In this document: positions 11,751 to 25,615 of the stretch, piece after piece | How positions within the stretch are numbered: the stretch's first letter is position 1 | How the letters are laid out: each line of letters begins with the position of its first letter | Origin: Podarcis melisellensis | Lineage: Eukaryota | Strand: one strand, 5' to 3' | Length of the DNA: 64,000 nucleotides | NCBI GenBank assembly: GCA_964234715.1 | Contig: OZ174275.1 | Position numbers and translations under genes: made by a program | Notes under the pieces: generated by a model | The model's database searches: none | What the model was told of the DNA's origin: nothing | What the model saw: the letters and a program-made list of their open reading frames with translations, nothing else

Positions 11751-14574
11751 TAGCCATTATGCTAGTAAAATAATTAAAAAGTGAAAATGGTTAACTCTAG
11801 TCAACTGTTCCTCCAACAACCCTATTTTTAAAAGGGAGCCACTGATAGTCTATAGGTTATTCATAATGCCCTTAAAAACTAACTTCTCCTGTGTGTTCCC
11901 TGTCCCCCAATTAATAGAAGCAAATTACATTTCACAGCAGGAGCTTTCTCTGGAGGAAGGCACAGAGTGAGTGACCGACTAAAATCTGGACTATCCCTTT
12001 GAAGGGGTGGGAAATTAAGACACTTGTAAGGTTTAAAAAACCCAGCTCTACTTCAGAGAAAACTACATTTGTTTTCCAAAACTTAGCATTCATTTTTCCT
12101 TCCTCCCATTTTAGTAGCTCCAATATTCTCAAACCAAACGACAGAGATAATCAATGAATAATCATATCCAGAACTGTATATACTATGCTGATTGTATTAA
12201 AGCAAATCACTATCATAGTTTTGCTTATATGAATGATACACAATGATAAAACTGTCTAAATACGTTCTGCAAATTATAGCATTCAAGGTCGGCCAATTGC
12301 ACTCTCAAAACTAGCAGATAAATAAATGCTAGTTGATCTGTCTATGAATGACCATTAAGCAATGTGAGCAAGCATTTCTTGCATTCTGCTATCTGATTTA
12401 ATAACTTGCAGAAGTCATTATTAATAAAGGAGTATACATTTGACTTGCAAATACCATTTAATAAAATAGATAATCAAACCAAATTATTGCATTAACTCTG
12501 ATATTTTTAACAAAGAAAAATGGCCTGAAAATTGATTTTCAATATAATAAACACATGAAGGGTTGCTTTGCTAATAGTGATACCTTCCTATTCACATTAT
12601 TCTCTTCCCATGGGCATTATTTTCCTCTCATGACAGGTAAGCATTATCTAAGTAAGGTTAGCCAATCAAAATTGCTTTAAGCGTGTGTTAAACAGGACAT
12701 GATGATGTTTATTATATAGTGCTATATGGCCTTTTAAGCCGTGAGTTGTAACATTTGATGCAGTAATAGTTGGTCTTTCATGCACTTACTATCTATACTG
12801 CAGCAAATTCAACTACATTAAACTCTCATTACTGTTTGCAATAGTCTTTTAATCTTTTTATCATGCTTTTCTCCCCAGTTTTACACAAAACAGTAGTATA
12901 AAAAGCATCCACAGATCTCAGACATCATAAAAACAAGGGCTTCTATTCACTTCACATAGATTCATTAAAATCTTGCCACAGCAGCTAAACAGCAGCAGTG
13001 ACAGCTAATCACTTAAGGACTTATACATTAACCAATCCCCCCCCCCAACCCCGCCTCCCCACCCTATTTTCGGTAATAATGTTCAAGGCATGATTTAATA
13101 GAGAGACAGTCATTAAATACAGTTAACACATTTTACACCCAAGTTAAGCTTAGAAGTGAATGAATATTCACTTAAACATTATAATCAGCTTGGGCATTTT
13201 AAAATAATTTGCAAGAATGCTGGTTTTAAAAGTTGAATGCTTCCAATTGCCTTGGTAATCAGAAAACCTCAATAGCTGGATAAAAGATTTGCAGACAAAA
13301 CAATTGAGATGTGGAGTATGCTAATTAGAGGAATACATAAATTTTACAAATCATTTTAAGAGCAAAGAGCTATTATTTCATTTAGACCTTTACTTTGAAA
13401 TAAAAGATGCAGAAGAATGCTTTTAGGAACCTTATACACAAACAAGCATGTGTATGGAGGAGGCATTGCAGATTTCAAGCAAACAGCATTATATACATGT
13501 TTCTGTCCGTCTTGTTTCCAGTGTCAGTTGGACAGCTTCTTAGACAATTTTCTATTCATTACTGAACTGTGGAAAAGAAACACAGAGGTAGCATTTTCTT
13601 TTTAAACCATGTAATGTCTTATAGCCAGATTCCAAAGCCTCAAGGAAAAGAGTTTTTTTTCCCTCTGCCTGCTAGACAAGCTGTCGTAATTGAAATGAAG
13701 TCTAATCAGACTCATTACTGTTTTCAGCAATTTGCACCACCAAAGATGCTTATTAGGTAACAGTGTTTAATAAACCGCTCTTTAGAAAACTACCAGTAAT
13801 GAGCTCTTAACAGCCAATCTTTAGCAGGAATGTAATGTGAAAAGTGTTCCTAGCACTGAATAGATTTTCACATTTAGTAGTGTCATAATTAAGCTCGAGG
13901 AATTGGTGGCTGCAATGTTAGATTTACTGCAAGATAATCTACAATCTCTGCCCACCCCGCAAGTATATTTGAGAACACAATCTTTATATTTAAGCAAAAT
14001 TACAGTTAATGTTTCCCCTGCAATTTTTAGAAGTATGTCAAGCTTTCCTAGAGCATGATAAACAGCATTCACTCAAAGGATTAAGGGTGGGGGGGGGGAG
14101 AATGAGAAAAGGCATTCAGAAGGCAAGTTTGAGACATTCAGGTTTCACACATGTATTTCTTAATATTTATGTATATTTAAACCAGCTCTGCATAGCCCTG
14201 TTACATGCTGAAAAGAAATCCCAGAAATACAAATAATTAAGAAATAGTCATGGCATTGTACTGAATGAATAAAACTTAAAATTTACTTAAAATTTTAATT
14301 AACTGAGCAATACCTCAAGTGCTATCAACCTCTAGCGGTTATTAAGCACCTAATAGCCACACTTGTAATACTTCAAAAGTAACATGCCAGCATATATTAT
14401 TCATAAAAATATAGCTATTAGTGAGATGGAGGGTTTTTAATCACCAGAAACGCCATGCAGACACAATGCTAAGCCCATAGGAGAAAAAAAAGCTTAAAAA
14501 GAGAGAGAATGACTGTGTTTGGCTAATTAGAAACAAGAGAAGGGATCCCAAACAAGATCCAGTACTTTCATTTA

Positions 14575-14850
14575 TCTGTTTGGATGCAATGCTAACCCAT
14601 AGTTTTGTATTATTAAAATGACCCTAAGTGAACGTTGATCCCCTTTCCTCTCACAGAGCAATGAGAAGTTTGGAAGCTTTCACTTCTGTTTTTGATTAAC
14701 CATAGATTGCTGCACTGTCCAAACCTAACAAACTGTGGTTAATCTAAAGTGGAAGTTTCTGATCATACCGTAGGAGCAGAGGGGAAGGGAAATATGTGAG
14801 CCCAAGGCTTGCTGTGGCTTATCCCCATAGCCCTAAAACATGGTTTAGCA
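14575..14850. mobile_element. Second copy of the fold-back relic family
   Basis: ggaagctttcacttctgtttttgattaacc ... aaactgtggttaatc ... aaaacatggtttagca. Confidence 0.55.
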
Positions 14851-15153
14851 TAGGGTTGCCATACATGCCGGAAATTCCCGACATGTCCTCATTTGGGGGG
14901 CCAACAGGCCCATCCGGGGGGATTTTCACATTTTAAAGGAAATCTCTGGGATTCGGGAGTATTTATTCAATTGTTTTTTTTCGGGGGGGGGGGCTTGGGC
15001 ATGAGTGCAGGCAGCCCGGGCACTCTGCAGGTCGTGGCCACTGCCAGCCCGAGCCAGGGAAAGAGAAGTGTGGGCGCAGCCAATGCCACCCGTGTGCCTT
15101 TTCCCCCGGCTCGGGCTGTCTGCTTTTTTGCTTTTCAAAATGTGGAAAGCATA
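14851..15153. mobile_element. hAT (Blackjack-like) non-autonomous element nested in the fold-back relic
   Basis: Left TIR TAGGGTTGCCA; decayed right TIR tgtggaaagcata; 8-bp TSD gtttagca / gtttaaca. Confidence 0.75.
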
Positions 15154-16258
15154 GTTTAACATTATGGAGAAATTCTCCTGGACCCTCATTAGACCAATTT
15201 GTTCTTGGCAAAGTATGTTTATGCTGGTGGATAATAATGTGGAAACACAGAATAGACTGATTCTAGAATCTTTTAAGATCACCGTTTGGAGAGCAGGTTC
15301 TCATAAAGATGTAGATATTTTGTTTCCTTAAAATAGAAAGAATATGCTTGAGAGAGCTTTGGAGCTGGATTCTGTTTTATAAAGAGGGCTATATATAAAT
15401 ACTGGAATCACTGGAATGAAGAAGACTACAATAGACTTTTAAATTCCCTTGAAACAGAACTCCATAATACGATGTTAAGGAGAATTCCACTACTGAGCAA
15501 TTCTTGGAACACTTTTTGAAAATTCATCTTAGTCTCTAAATTTGAGTAATCCTAAATTTATTGGCGCCAATAAACTTCCATATCTGTTTACAGCTTTCAG
15601 AATCAATATGGCTATGAGAACTGAAGCGGCTAGAATAATGCCAGTTCTGTCTGATTTTTTGCAGTACATATGATTTTCACCTAAGAAGCTGCAAAATCAG
15701 AAACCCTACTCCCATGTATGGGTTTGTATAACTATCAAATCAAACTTTCTTCCAGCTTCTTAAATCTGGACTGAATTTATACACAAACCCAAAAAAGATT
15801 TCTTATCAAATTGTTGCATAATCTCAATTACCACAAGGCTCACTTCTTAAGATTCATTTTGCAGACAACCATTCAAACATTCTGCAGTGGCTTTGGAGGG
15901 CATAACCTTGCACTTTTTAATGTGTGAAAGTGTTGAGCTTTACATCATGTATGAATGATAGCCTAAATTGCATTACAAATGGTTTATATAAAGGATTTAT
16001 CCAAAATAAAACAGATGCTTTCCGGTATCAATTGCTTATTGATAACAAAACCACTCAAAATGTAGTTCACTTGAATTGCAAGGCTGCAATCCTACACTCA
16101 GTTACCTGAGAGTAAGACCCATTGACCCATTTATCGGCTGCCTTTCCTCCTAGGCTAAAAGGTGGTGACTGGCCCAAAGTCACCAAGTGAACAGGTCACT
16201 TAACTGATGAATGGAGGAAAGTCCCAGTGTACCATTACCTGTGTTGATTTTTAAAATA

Positions 16259-16481
16259 TAGTACTACCTCGGGTAAAGTACTTAATTCATTCAGGAGGTC
16301 CGTACTTAACCTGAAACTGTTCTTAACCTGAAGCACCACTTTAGCTAATGGGGCCTCCTGCTGCTGCCGTGCTGCTGAAGCACGATTTCTGTTCTCATCC
16401 TGAAGCAATATTTCTGGGTTAGCGGAGTCTGTAACCTGAAGTTTATGTAACCTGAAGCATATGTAACCCGAGGTACCACTG
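16259..16481 (-). mobile_element. Tc1/mariner MITE, family A copy 2
   Basis: Reverse complement of the 446-660 element; right TIR aacccgaggtaccactg followed by TA. Confidence 0.9.
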
Positions 16482-17008
16482 TACATGTGATCTTTTCAAA
16501 ATAAAAGTTATTGTAGGGTTCAAGTTTCTTCATTTTGGCTCTTCTCAAAGATCACCATAATATGCCTCCTCAAGTTGACCAAATATTACCTATTGCTGAG
16601 AACTCACCCATGTTTCTGACATGGAAGCATTATGAGAGGAAAAGAAATCAGAATCTGTGAAATGGTTTATAATTTCAAGGAGAGGAGTATCAAGTATGAA
16701 AAACATATCACTATAAAATACTGACAATTGCTCCACTGAGTTCCTGCATAAAACACCACAAGCAGTATGAATACACATGTTCTTTTCTGTTTTTATATGT
16801 TGTCATGTTTGTTTATATCATCAAAATATTTTTGTGAGGCCTAATTGCACACAATACAAATCATGTTAAAGGCTTTCAGTAACTACTAGCCCTGATCACT
16901 ATGTTCTGCTTCCACTGTCAGAGGCACTATGCCTCTGAATGCCAATTGACTGGAATCACAAATGATTACTCCTCATTTGTTATATAGTCATCTGTGTATC
17001 TTCCTCTT

Positions 17009-17036
17009 AAAAAGGTAAAGGACCCCTGACAGTTAA
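17009..17036 (-). mobile_element. Extremely 5'-truncated Sauria SINE tail
   Basis: aaaggtaaaggacccctgacagttaa corresponds to the 3' end of the Sauria SINEs at 22657 and 46493. Confidence 0.6.
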
Positions 17037-17746
17037 ATTTCCCTCAATGATATCATTACACGTAAAAATTTGGCTAGACATCCTATTCAATGCAACACAA
17101 TCTCTGACTGAATAGGACCAACAATATGACTAGTACAAGAAAGCAGAAACAGGCAAAGACCAAAAATGGTGCTGAAGTAGCAGCAAGCGGGGAAAGCAAT
17201 AGGATCAAACAGTTAAATATTTCTATTTTGGGAAAATATTTCTACCCCACTGAAATTGCTTGGTTTTGAGATGAAACCTGGCTCAGTCCTAGTTCTAACT
17301 AGCAGATGGGGGAGGGATATGCTAAATGTGATGCAGTTGCTGTTGGCATCTATTTGTGCCTCAGGAAACAACGGAGTGCATCTCCGGGAGTGAAGTCAAA
17401 CCTCTGGAGAATCACAATGTCTGGTATGTAAGTCATAACTGCCTTCCCTGCCCCCCACACAGCTATTTTGTGTCTGGTACCCCCAGCACCCTCAACATTC
17501 GAAATGTTTCTACTGGTCCAGAAAGGCTGGTGATCCCTGCATTAGAATGATCAAAAGGAACCTGCAATTTAACTGTTGCAGTGTTAGGTGCTTCTCTTCA
17601 GTGTTCTTCAGTCATGTTTTCATTGAGGATATTCCATTCCATTTCCTTTCCTCACCTTGATTTTCTGACTTCCTCCTGACTCACAGCATTCTGTGGCCAC
17701 TAAACATGCACCATCATGTTTTTTGAGGGGAGTTCCCATACATATT

Positions 17747-17766
17747 TCTCTCTGTCTCTGTCTCTG

Positions 17767-17815
<49 letters not shown>
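17747..17815. repeat. Compound (TCTCTG)n(TC)n(TG)n microsatellite
   Basis: Direct read. Confidence 0.95.
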
Positions 17816-20800
17816 AATGAAAGAAAGATAGGCTTCTTAGTTATCTGCTATAAATCAGTGAAATATTTTCAATACAAAGGTAAAAAATTATTATCAAACA
17901 TGATAATAAATGCTTAGTTTGCTTTTAGGTGCTATAGAAATATGTTAATACTAAGAAAGTGAACAAATGCAATTTCTTGAACAAACTTTAGCCAATTAAA
18001 ATTCATTACACCTTCAAATAAACCTCATCCAGAAAAACTATGAATGTGTATATTACTGTGGTAGATTCAGGCTGAAAGAAATTTATTTATAATACATTTC
18101 TTTGCTAAGCGAAGATGAAACCAGAGAAAGGTACAAAGCTGGGCTTTCCATGATACGAACCCTACCATCCAATTCACTAAAGGAATTGGAGTAGGCCATG
18201 GGATTCCCTCAAACAGCATCACATAATCTACCAGATGCAGCTGTCCTCTATATCTGTATTATAGGATCTTTTTTCCTTTCTTTCTATTTGTATCACCTTG
18301 ATTGCCCTCTATCTCAAAGTTGCACCAAAGCAGAGAAAGCGAGATTGGAGAGAAAAGAAAAAAGGAACTACTACAAAATTGAATGGAAAAGAAGCAGTGG
18401 GTGGGGAGTGGGGGAGAAGGACACAAGCAAGAACAAATTTCTGTTTTATATATAATATATAAAATACACAAGGATTACAGTATCTAACTCATAACACACA
18501 TTCCTACACACGCACTCACACATACACATATATATTCATTCAGAGTCAGAGCGTGTTGTACACTTACATCAAAGTTCTGTAATTCCAAGCATAAGTTGTA
18601 GGAGGAACTTTGTGGAACTTGGGAAATCAAAGACCAAGAAGGCGTTATATTTAATGTATGGCATTTTATTCATTTGCATTTTGCAGGGTTTTACCTGAAT
18701 TGATTTAGAGCAGAGTGAATTAGCTGGAATCTATGTAGGCACCCAGTATCTATTTTCTAACAAATACTGTAAGCATTTTGGAAGTCTCTTGTCTACAGAA
18801 TTTAATGCAAAGAGTAACAAGCATGAACCTATCTGAGTTCACATATCTAGATGTGAATTTACAGTCCGTTGTACTTCAGCTGATCATCCTAGCTTTAAAT
18901 TAAAGAGTGGTGCTACTCTATGCCTCAAATTTCACCAAGTGCATATGAGTTTTCTTCGGAATATTAAATTTTTGTTAAGAGTGACTGCTGCCAGGCTAAC
19001 CATCACTCATTATGCCTTGGGAAAAGCTGCTTATTTGCCCCCTCCCTCCTTTTTTTACTTAGGAAGGCTCATTATACTTTAAATTTAGAACAGCTTCTGT
19101 AAGTGACAATTTATCCCCAAACCACTTTTTAAAAGGTACATGATTTTTTTGCATCTCTATATGTATGCATTCCTTGCTTATTGAAGGGGATGAATTCTAA
19201 AATTCAAAATTTGCATCATGCAAATCCTATGAATTTATTATTAAGTTGTCTTTTGACAGTTCTGCCATTTGAACTATTATTCTCTAACATTTATAAAGTT
19301 GTTGATTGTGTATAAACAAAAGTCCTAACGGAGCAGTTATTTGCAGATAGGATTAAAACACAAAGCTAGCCTTGAATGAACAGAAAGGTACGTGATATAA
19401 CAAATGGTTGGAGGGTATGGGCTGATATTTAAAGAGGTAAGGTTGTACAAAGGTACCTTTGATGGGCTATTTTATGTTGAGGATAACCAGCTATGACATT
19501 TCTTTTAAAAGGTCTGGATTGCTAAAGAGGGAATGCCCTAAATTCATGGATGAGAACTACTGCTGAGCATGAATGCTTCTTTAATATTTTGACTATTTTT
19601 GAGGGAAAGACATTCATGCTAGAAATGTTTTTTCACTAAATCTCCATTGAATGCTGAGCACTTCCAAGATCATTTACAAAGCATACTCTTCTTAAAATGA
19701 TTAAACTGCCTTTCGCCATGCTTTCAGTGATATAAGGCTCAGCAAGGCTCTAGTGCCCCACAAGCTAAGAATTTTAAATGACAAATAAGAGAACAGCATC
19801 AGCTCCGGGTAATTACAAACTATGACTTCACCTAACCTTACAAGGTTGGCTGTTATTGGGCACCCTCTTTCCTAGTGAAAGTCCAATTATACATTCCCTT
19901 TGAACTTTACAGACCTATCTAGCCTTGGTTTCCAATATGCTATCAAGTTGAGGCCAGAGTTATAAATCCATTTCCTATCAATCATTTTATTTTACGGAGA
20001 CCGATCTGCCTGACCTCATATTGTATCTTGAGTGCTCAAATTAGGGAAGCCATTTCTCCCAAAGTAGAGAGCTGCCCATTATTTGTATATGTGCTAATTC
20101 TTTTAAATAGATGTAAATGAGGCTGGCATGACAATTCCTAGTACTTTGTTTGGGAAGGAGATAAAAACAACTAGGAATTTGATCCAGAATTTGCAGCTTG
20201 AGTATATACTATGGATTTATATCATGTTTGGTCTCTAGGGCTTAGATTAGTTGACACTGATATTTTACAATGTGTAATTTTTAAAGAAGCAAATAAACAT
20301 TCCATAAATAGTCCTCTTCATAAGTTTTTGAACTCTTCCCAGGCAGCAGATGCAATGGGCTAGTAGCTGAAAGGATCAGCTGGTTCCTAGCAGGCATTAC
20401 TTTTCTGGCTTCTGTATGAGTACAGGCTGTCCTTTTTTTCTACAAACCTCTCCCCAACCTCTCCTCTCCTTGTATCAGGATAGCAGCAGTTTTCTTCTGC
20501 TCCTTAAATAAACTTGCAGCTCAGTCACACATACAAGAAAAATGGAAGCAATGTTCACTGTGTTTTGGACTAGGGTATCAAGGTGCACTCCTAAGCTTTC
20601 TTGTTTGACAATAAATTGTGTTAAAGTAAGTGGGATTCAATTCTCAATGAGTGTGGTGTTAGCATCAGGAGGTATCTTAATTTTAGTCAGAGTTCAGTGT
20701 CATTATAAAGGTTTGGGCTGAATGTATGTGCTGGTCTCTAAAGTAGGAGTACAACCTTTGTGCTAACAAACTGATGCTTTCTTGTTCACATTCTTTAAGC

Positions 20801-22656
20801 CTTTCTTACAAAAGACTCCATTGACAATTTTCAAACTTCCCAAAACAGATTTGCCTAGATAGTCTCCTGTAACAAAGGAAATCAAATTGAAATAAAGAAT
20901 CGTTCTCGGTGTTGACTGCAGGCATTTCAGATTTAATGGCAGCCCACGTCTTCTCAGTGCCTCTCACAGAGAAGAGATAATGCATGTGAAGAGAGGCAAA
21001 ATTGCAGGTTTAGTCATGTCAAAACTTGATATATGCCAAAATAGAGATCTGAGATGTCAGCAATAGCAAAATAAGTGACAAGTGTTAAACTACCCAACAG
21101 AAGTAAATTCTGTAATTATTTACCTCTGTAGCTATATCAATGTGTGCTAATCTGTTGTGCACACCCATAGTTAAAGCATGCCAGACACCAAAATAAGATC
21201 TCTTTGCTCTCTCTCAATATCCAGGGATATGCTAATAGTGACTTGTCATTCATCGAGATCTGACTTTTGTCAAGGGGAAAAAAAAGAGTAATAAAACTGA
21301 GGTGCCACAATACTGTATTGCAAGTAAACACAGCACCAGCAGAGAGGGCATTGGCTCAATATGCTGGGAGCGCCAATACACCATCATCTGCAAATGGACA
21401 ACTTTAATTCGATTCCTGGCACTGTTGGCCATGCTGAGAACTCTCTCTCTTCCCAATAGGGGTTTGCTCTTTTAAGCATTGCTCCCTGAAGGGAAGGAAA
21501 AACCAGAGAAAGGATTTCCAATGACCCAGCACAGATGAATGGATGTGTCAATGGTGAATATTGGTTAAGCTTTGAAATAGGGAATCCTGCAGTGGTCTTT
21601 CAGCTTCATTCCCCCACTAGTGACTGCCACTGTGGACTTCAAATGTTGTAGGAGCCTTTAGGGGACAGGCCATAAATGAAAAACATCAATAAAATTGTTT
21701 CATTAAAAAAGAAGAAAGAAATAATAATAAGGGCATTTTTCTGACTCCATACTTTTGAACATTTTTCTGGATAATTTAATAAGAGATGTTCATCTTAAGA
21801 ATAGTCTAGGTATTCTTACAATTTACAGGAGATACAGTCTAGATACCTAGACTGTCTGCATTAAATTGCTTCATTAGTAATTAGTGTATTCTACTTTTTT
21901 TGTAGCCTGGATGTAATTCTAGTCATGCAGTTGCCTGGTCACATTCTCTGCCAATATTTTATTAATTTCTCTTTTTATTAGCTTCTCAGAAATACACAAA
22001 ATAAAGTAAGCAGTAGCGATTTTCATTTTTCCAGACTAGATCATCTTGCAATTGGTTTAAGCACACAAAATATACTTCCTTTTCAGCATGCTTTATGGTT
22101 CGCTTTCCTCCAGTTATCAATCAATCAATCACTCAGTGGCATGATATAATTTCCTAATCATACTAATATTCATGCTTTTATCACTATTAAACCCAGAGCA
22201 CATGCAATTCAATAAGACAGAAGTCTAATTATTTAAATATGGTGTAGTACAGCATTTCTCTTAAGGCCATTTATTTTATGAGTTTTTATTCCTTTTAAAA
22301 AATTTATTCTGCAAAGTGAAATAAATAAACAAATATTATCATAACCCTCCAAGTAAATAGTGCTTGCTCTTTCAGTTTCCCGTAATGACAGCATTTTGTA
22401 TATTTTCATACCAAATTAAGAGTTCCCCCAATGGTTAACGAGAAGAATTCTATTAAATAAGTAGTCAGAACCTAAACTGGCATTTTATTTGTAAATAAAC
22501 TAAGGTAAAATCCTGTGCTTTCTGGAGTCTTTATGTGATATAGAACTAAGAGCTTGCTAAGCACTAAGAGGATCACCTGCATTTCTTCTTTCCACACTTC
22601 CATTATAATGTGTGTAGTGAGTTCTGTGTATCTCATTTGTTATTATACTTATGCAA

Positions 22657-23035
22657 GGGAGCAGGTGGCACTGTGGTCTAAACCACTGAGCCTCTTGGGT
22701 TTGCTGATCTGAAGGGCAGCGGTTCAAATCCCCACGACGGGGTGAGCTCCCGTTGCTCTGTCCCAGCTCCTGCCAACCTAGCAGTTTGAAAGCACACCAG
22801 TGCAAGTAGATAAATAGGTACCGCTGTGGCAGAAAGGTAAATGACGTTTCCGTGTGGTCTGGCTTCTGTCACGGTGTTCCATTGGGGCAGAAGCGGTTTA
22901 GTCATACTGGCCACATGACCTGGAAAGCTGTCTGTGGACAAACGCTGGCTCCCTCGGCCTGAAAGCGAGATGAGCGCCGCACCCCATAGTCACCTTTGAC
23001 TGGACTTAACTGTTCAGGGGTCCTTTACCTTTGCC
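22657..23035 (+). mobile_element. Sauria SINE, full length
   Basis: tRNA-like head (ggtggcactgtgg...ggttcaaatcc); core gtagataaataggtacc; tail ggggtcctttacctttgcc; TSD ttatacttatg (22643-22653 / 23036-23046). Confidence 0.92.
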
Positions 23036-23140
23036 TTATACTTATGTATTTTAGATCATAATGAGTGTTTTAATAGCTTTCATGGAATTGCTAAAATACT
23101 TATGTGAGACCCCAAAGTTCTGTAAATGCTTCCTAATGTA

Positions 23141-23286
23141 CAGTGGCGTAGCGTGGGGGGTGCAGGGGGGCCGGCTGCACCGGGCGCAACATCTGGGGGT
23201 TAGGGTTAGGGGGCGCAAATCCACGGGTTAGGGGGCGCAAATTACTTGCCTTGCCCTGGGTGCTGACAACCCACGCTACGCCACTG
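23141..23286. mobile_element. Young hAT MITE
   Basis: Perfect 17-bp TIR CAGTGGCGTAGCGTGGG; perfect 8-bp TSD ctaatgta; CpGs intact. Confidence 0.95.
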
Positions 23287-24149
23287 CTAATGTATAATTA
23301 CACCATGCAGTGGCAAAGATGGCAAGAAGTACTATTTATTTGGGGTTCAATCAATTTGTGCCACTGTTAAGATGCTATTTCTCAATCCTCTATGCTGTTG
23401 TGCCTGCATTATATTTATGGAATATAAAAATCTTTATAATTTCCCAGAAAAAAATAGTTTACTATACCAAATAATGAGCTGCATAAAACAATTTTAAAAT
23501 CAAACAATTAAACATATTTGTAAATATTTAGAAATGGTAAAGAGCTTATTGTCTAGGCCTGAGCCATACTAAATTCTAGCACAACAAAACTTTATACCAA
23601 TATAAACTTACTTTGCTGGCATACACCAATTTTCAGTTCTTTTAAGGGTTGGTGCTATAAGAATATCAAAATACTGATGCACTTAAATGCATAACTGCAC
23701 CTGCTGAGCTCCCCTGCTTCTTTGAGAATAAGAAAGGGAGCATGCATGGAAGGGGTAGGGGTTAGATTATGCTAATCTGCAAAATGGATCTCCTTGGAGA
23801 AGAGATCACATAGTGGTTCACAGGGCTACAGTGAACTAGTAAAGGGAGACCTTATTTAAGAAATACTAGGGAATCAGGCCAAGATCCAATTAAGCAGTTT
23901 TGGTAAGCCCAAGAGTTTGGGCATGCCCTGTGACATTTTAATTCCCCACCCTTTAACATAAGACTTCAATTCCATATCACAAACTGAAGTCCATTTCAAT
24001 CTAGCTTCAAGCCTTATTTCAGCACCAGGACAATCAGGCACCCTGACTGATAACCTTTATCTCAGGAGAGAGAAGGGTGTGCAACCCTCTTATTTTTCCT
24101 TTATCTCTCTGCATCTTTTGATACTATGGGGTCCTTTTGGAGTGGTTCT

Positions 24150-24730
24150 GGAGGTCTGGAGCACCATGTTATGACGATTTTGTGATCAATATCAGAAAGC
24201 AGCACTGGATGACTTCTGCTCAGCCGCCTGACTGTGGGGTCCTTTAAGGTTCCATTCTTCCTCTGATGCTATTTAATGTATATATATAAAACCACTGGAA
24301 TATGTCAACCAGGTATATGGAGCATAGGGTCATCAGTATGTAGATGACACCCAAGTTCTTCTTTCCATTCCATATGAATTGGGAGAGACTTTGCCCAGAA
24401 GCTGGTCCAACAACTAGAGGAAGTAATGGACTGGATAAGAGTCAGTAAATGGAGACTAAAGCCTGGTATGATGGAGGCACTGATGGTCATAAGATGGAGG
24501 CACAGATTGTGGCTTCTGGGTCCAGGAGTTGACCTGTCGGGGATTGTCTTGAACTTGCAAACATGAAGTAGCAGCCTGGGGATTTTCCTTGAGTAAACAT
24601 TGTAATTTGAAGCTCAGGTAATGAGAAGTGCCTATTTCCAGCTTCAACTGGTTCATCTGCTACAGCCATCCTTGCTGTTTCTTACTGTTTCCAAACTATA
24701 ATGCAAGTAAGCTGTGGGGCATCTTTTTGA
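24150..24730 (+). mobile_element. L2 LINE RT fragment
   Basis: tgtggggtcctttaaggttccattctt...ctatttaatgtatatata (GVPQGSIL..LFNIY-like) and catcagtatgtagatgacacccaa (HQY.DDTQ). Confidence 0.8.
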
Positions 24731-25362
24731 TGTATTGTCCCTGGATTTCTGGGTGCCAAAGTGGGTGCCACAGTATCCAGAGATCCTAGTTGTGCATTTC
24801 TTTAGTTCAAGATCATGGGTTTCCTTCCTTTTTGAACATCATGCAATGCACTAAAGAAATGTTAATTTTCAGTACATACACATTATTGTTTTGCAATTTA
24901 TTATTAGAAGAAGCTCCATGGGTAACCACCAGCACTTAGGTGAAGTGTTATTACTCACAGAAAATATTTGAAGTGTTGCAGAGCCTCAATATTTTTAGAA
25001 CACAAAGATACATTATTGGGCCTGACTGATTATCCTCTAACAATACTCAAACAACATAAAACCCTTAGGGTGCACTGATGCCAACAGAACCCAAACTGCA
25101 TTCTTAGAGGAAGATTCTTCAATACTGAATTAACATTTATAAATGTAATATGCAGGTTTCTTGATATTAATTGAAGCAATTCATGCATTGGAATGGCCAT
25201 GGGCACATTTTAAAAAGGACAGTCAAGCTCTGTTAATACTATTTATTGAGAACAATAAACAGAAATTATTTGAGCCAGGAAACATGTACTTGAGCTAGCA
25301 AATATTTATTTTTATTTATGTGTTTATCTATAACATGATTTCAGTTGAATATCTTAAAAATA

Positions 25363-25615
25363 CAGTGGTGCCTCGCAAGGCGAAATTAATTCGTTCCGCG
25401 AGTTGTGTCATCTTGAGATTTTTTCGTCTTGCGGAGCGTGGATTCGCTGGGTATTAATGGCTTTAAGAAAAAGGAAACAAACTCGCAAGACGTTTTTGTC
25501 TTGCGAAGCAAGCCCATAGGGAAAATCGTCTTGCAAAGCAACACAAAAAACGAAAAACCCTTTCGTCTTGCGCGTTTTTTGTCTTGCGAGGCATTCGTCT
25601 TGCGAGGTACCACTG
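25363..25615. mobile_element. Tc1/mariner MITE, family B
   Basis: TIRs CAGTGGTGCCTCGCAAG / CTTGCGAGGTACCACTG; TA TSD; repeated tcgtcttgc motifs. Confidence 0.9.

Noticed and set aside
16608-16743. Minus-strand exon-like segment (ttttatgcag ... TGG|gtgagt) with an open frame
   Set aside because: 136 nt, unrecognised peptide, weak pyrimidine tract; pseudo-exons of this quality are expected by chance in 64 kb.
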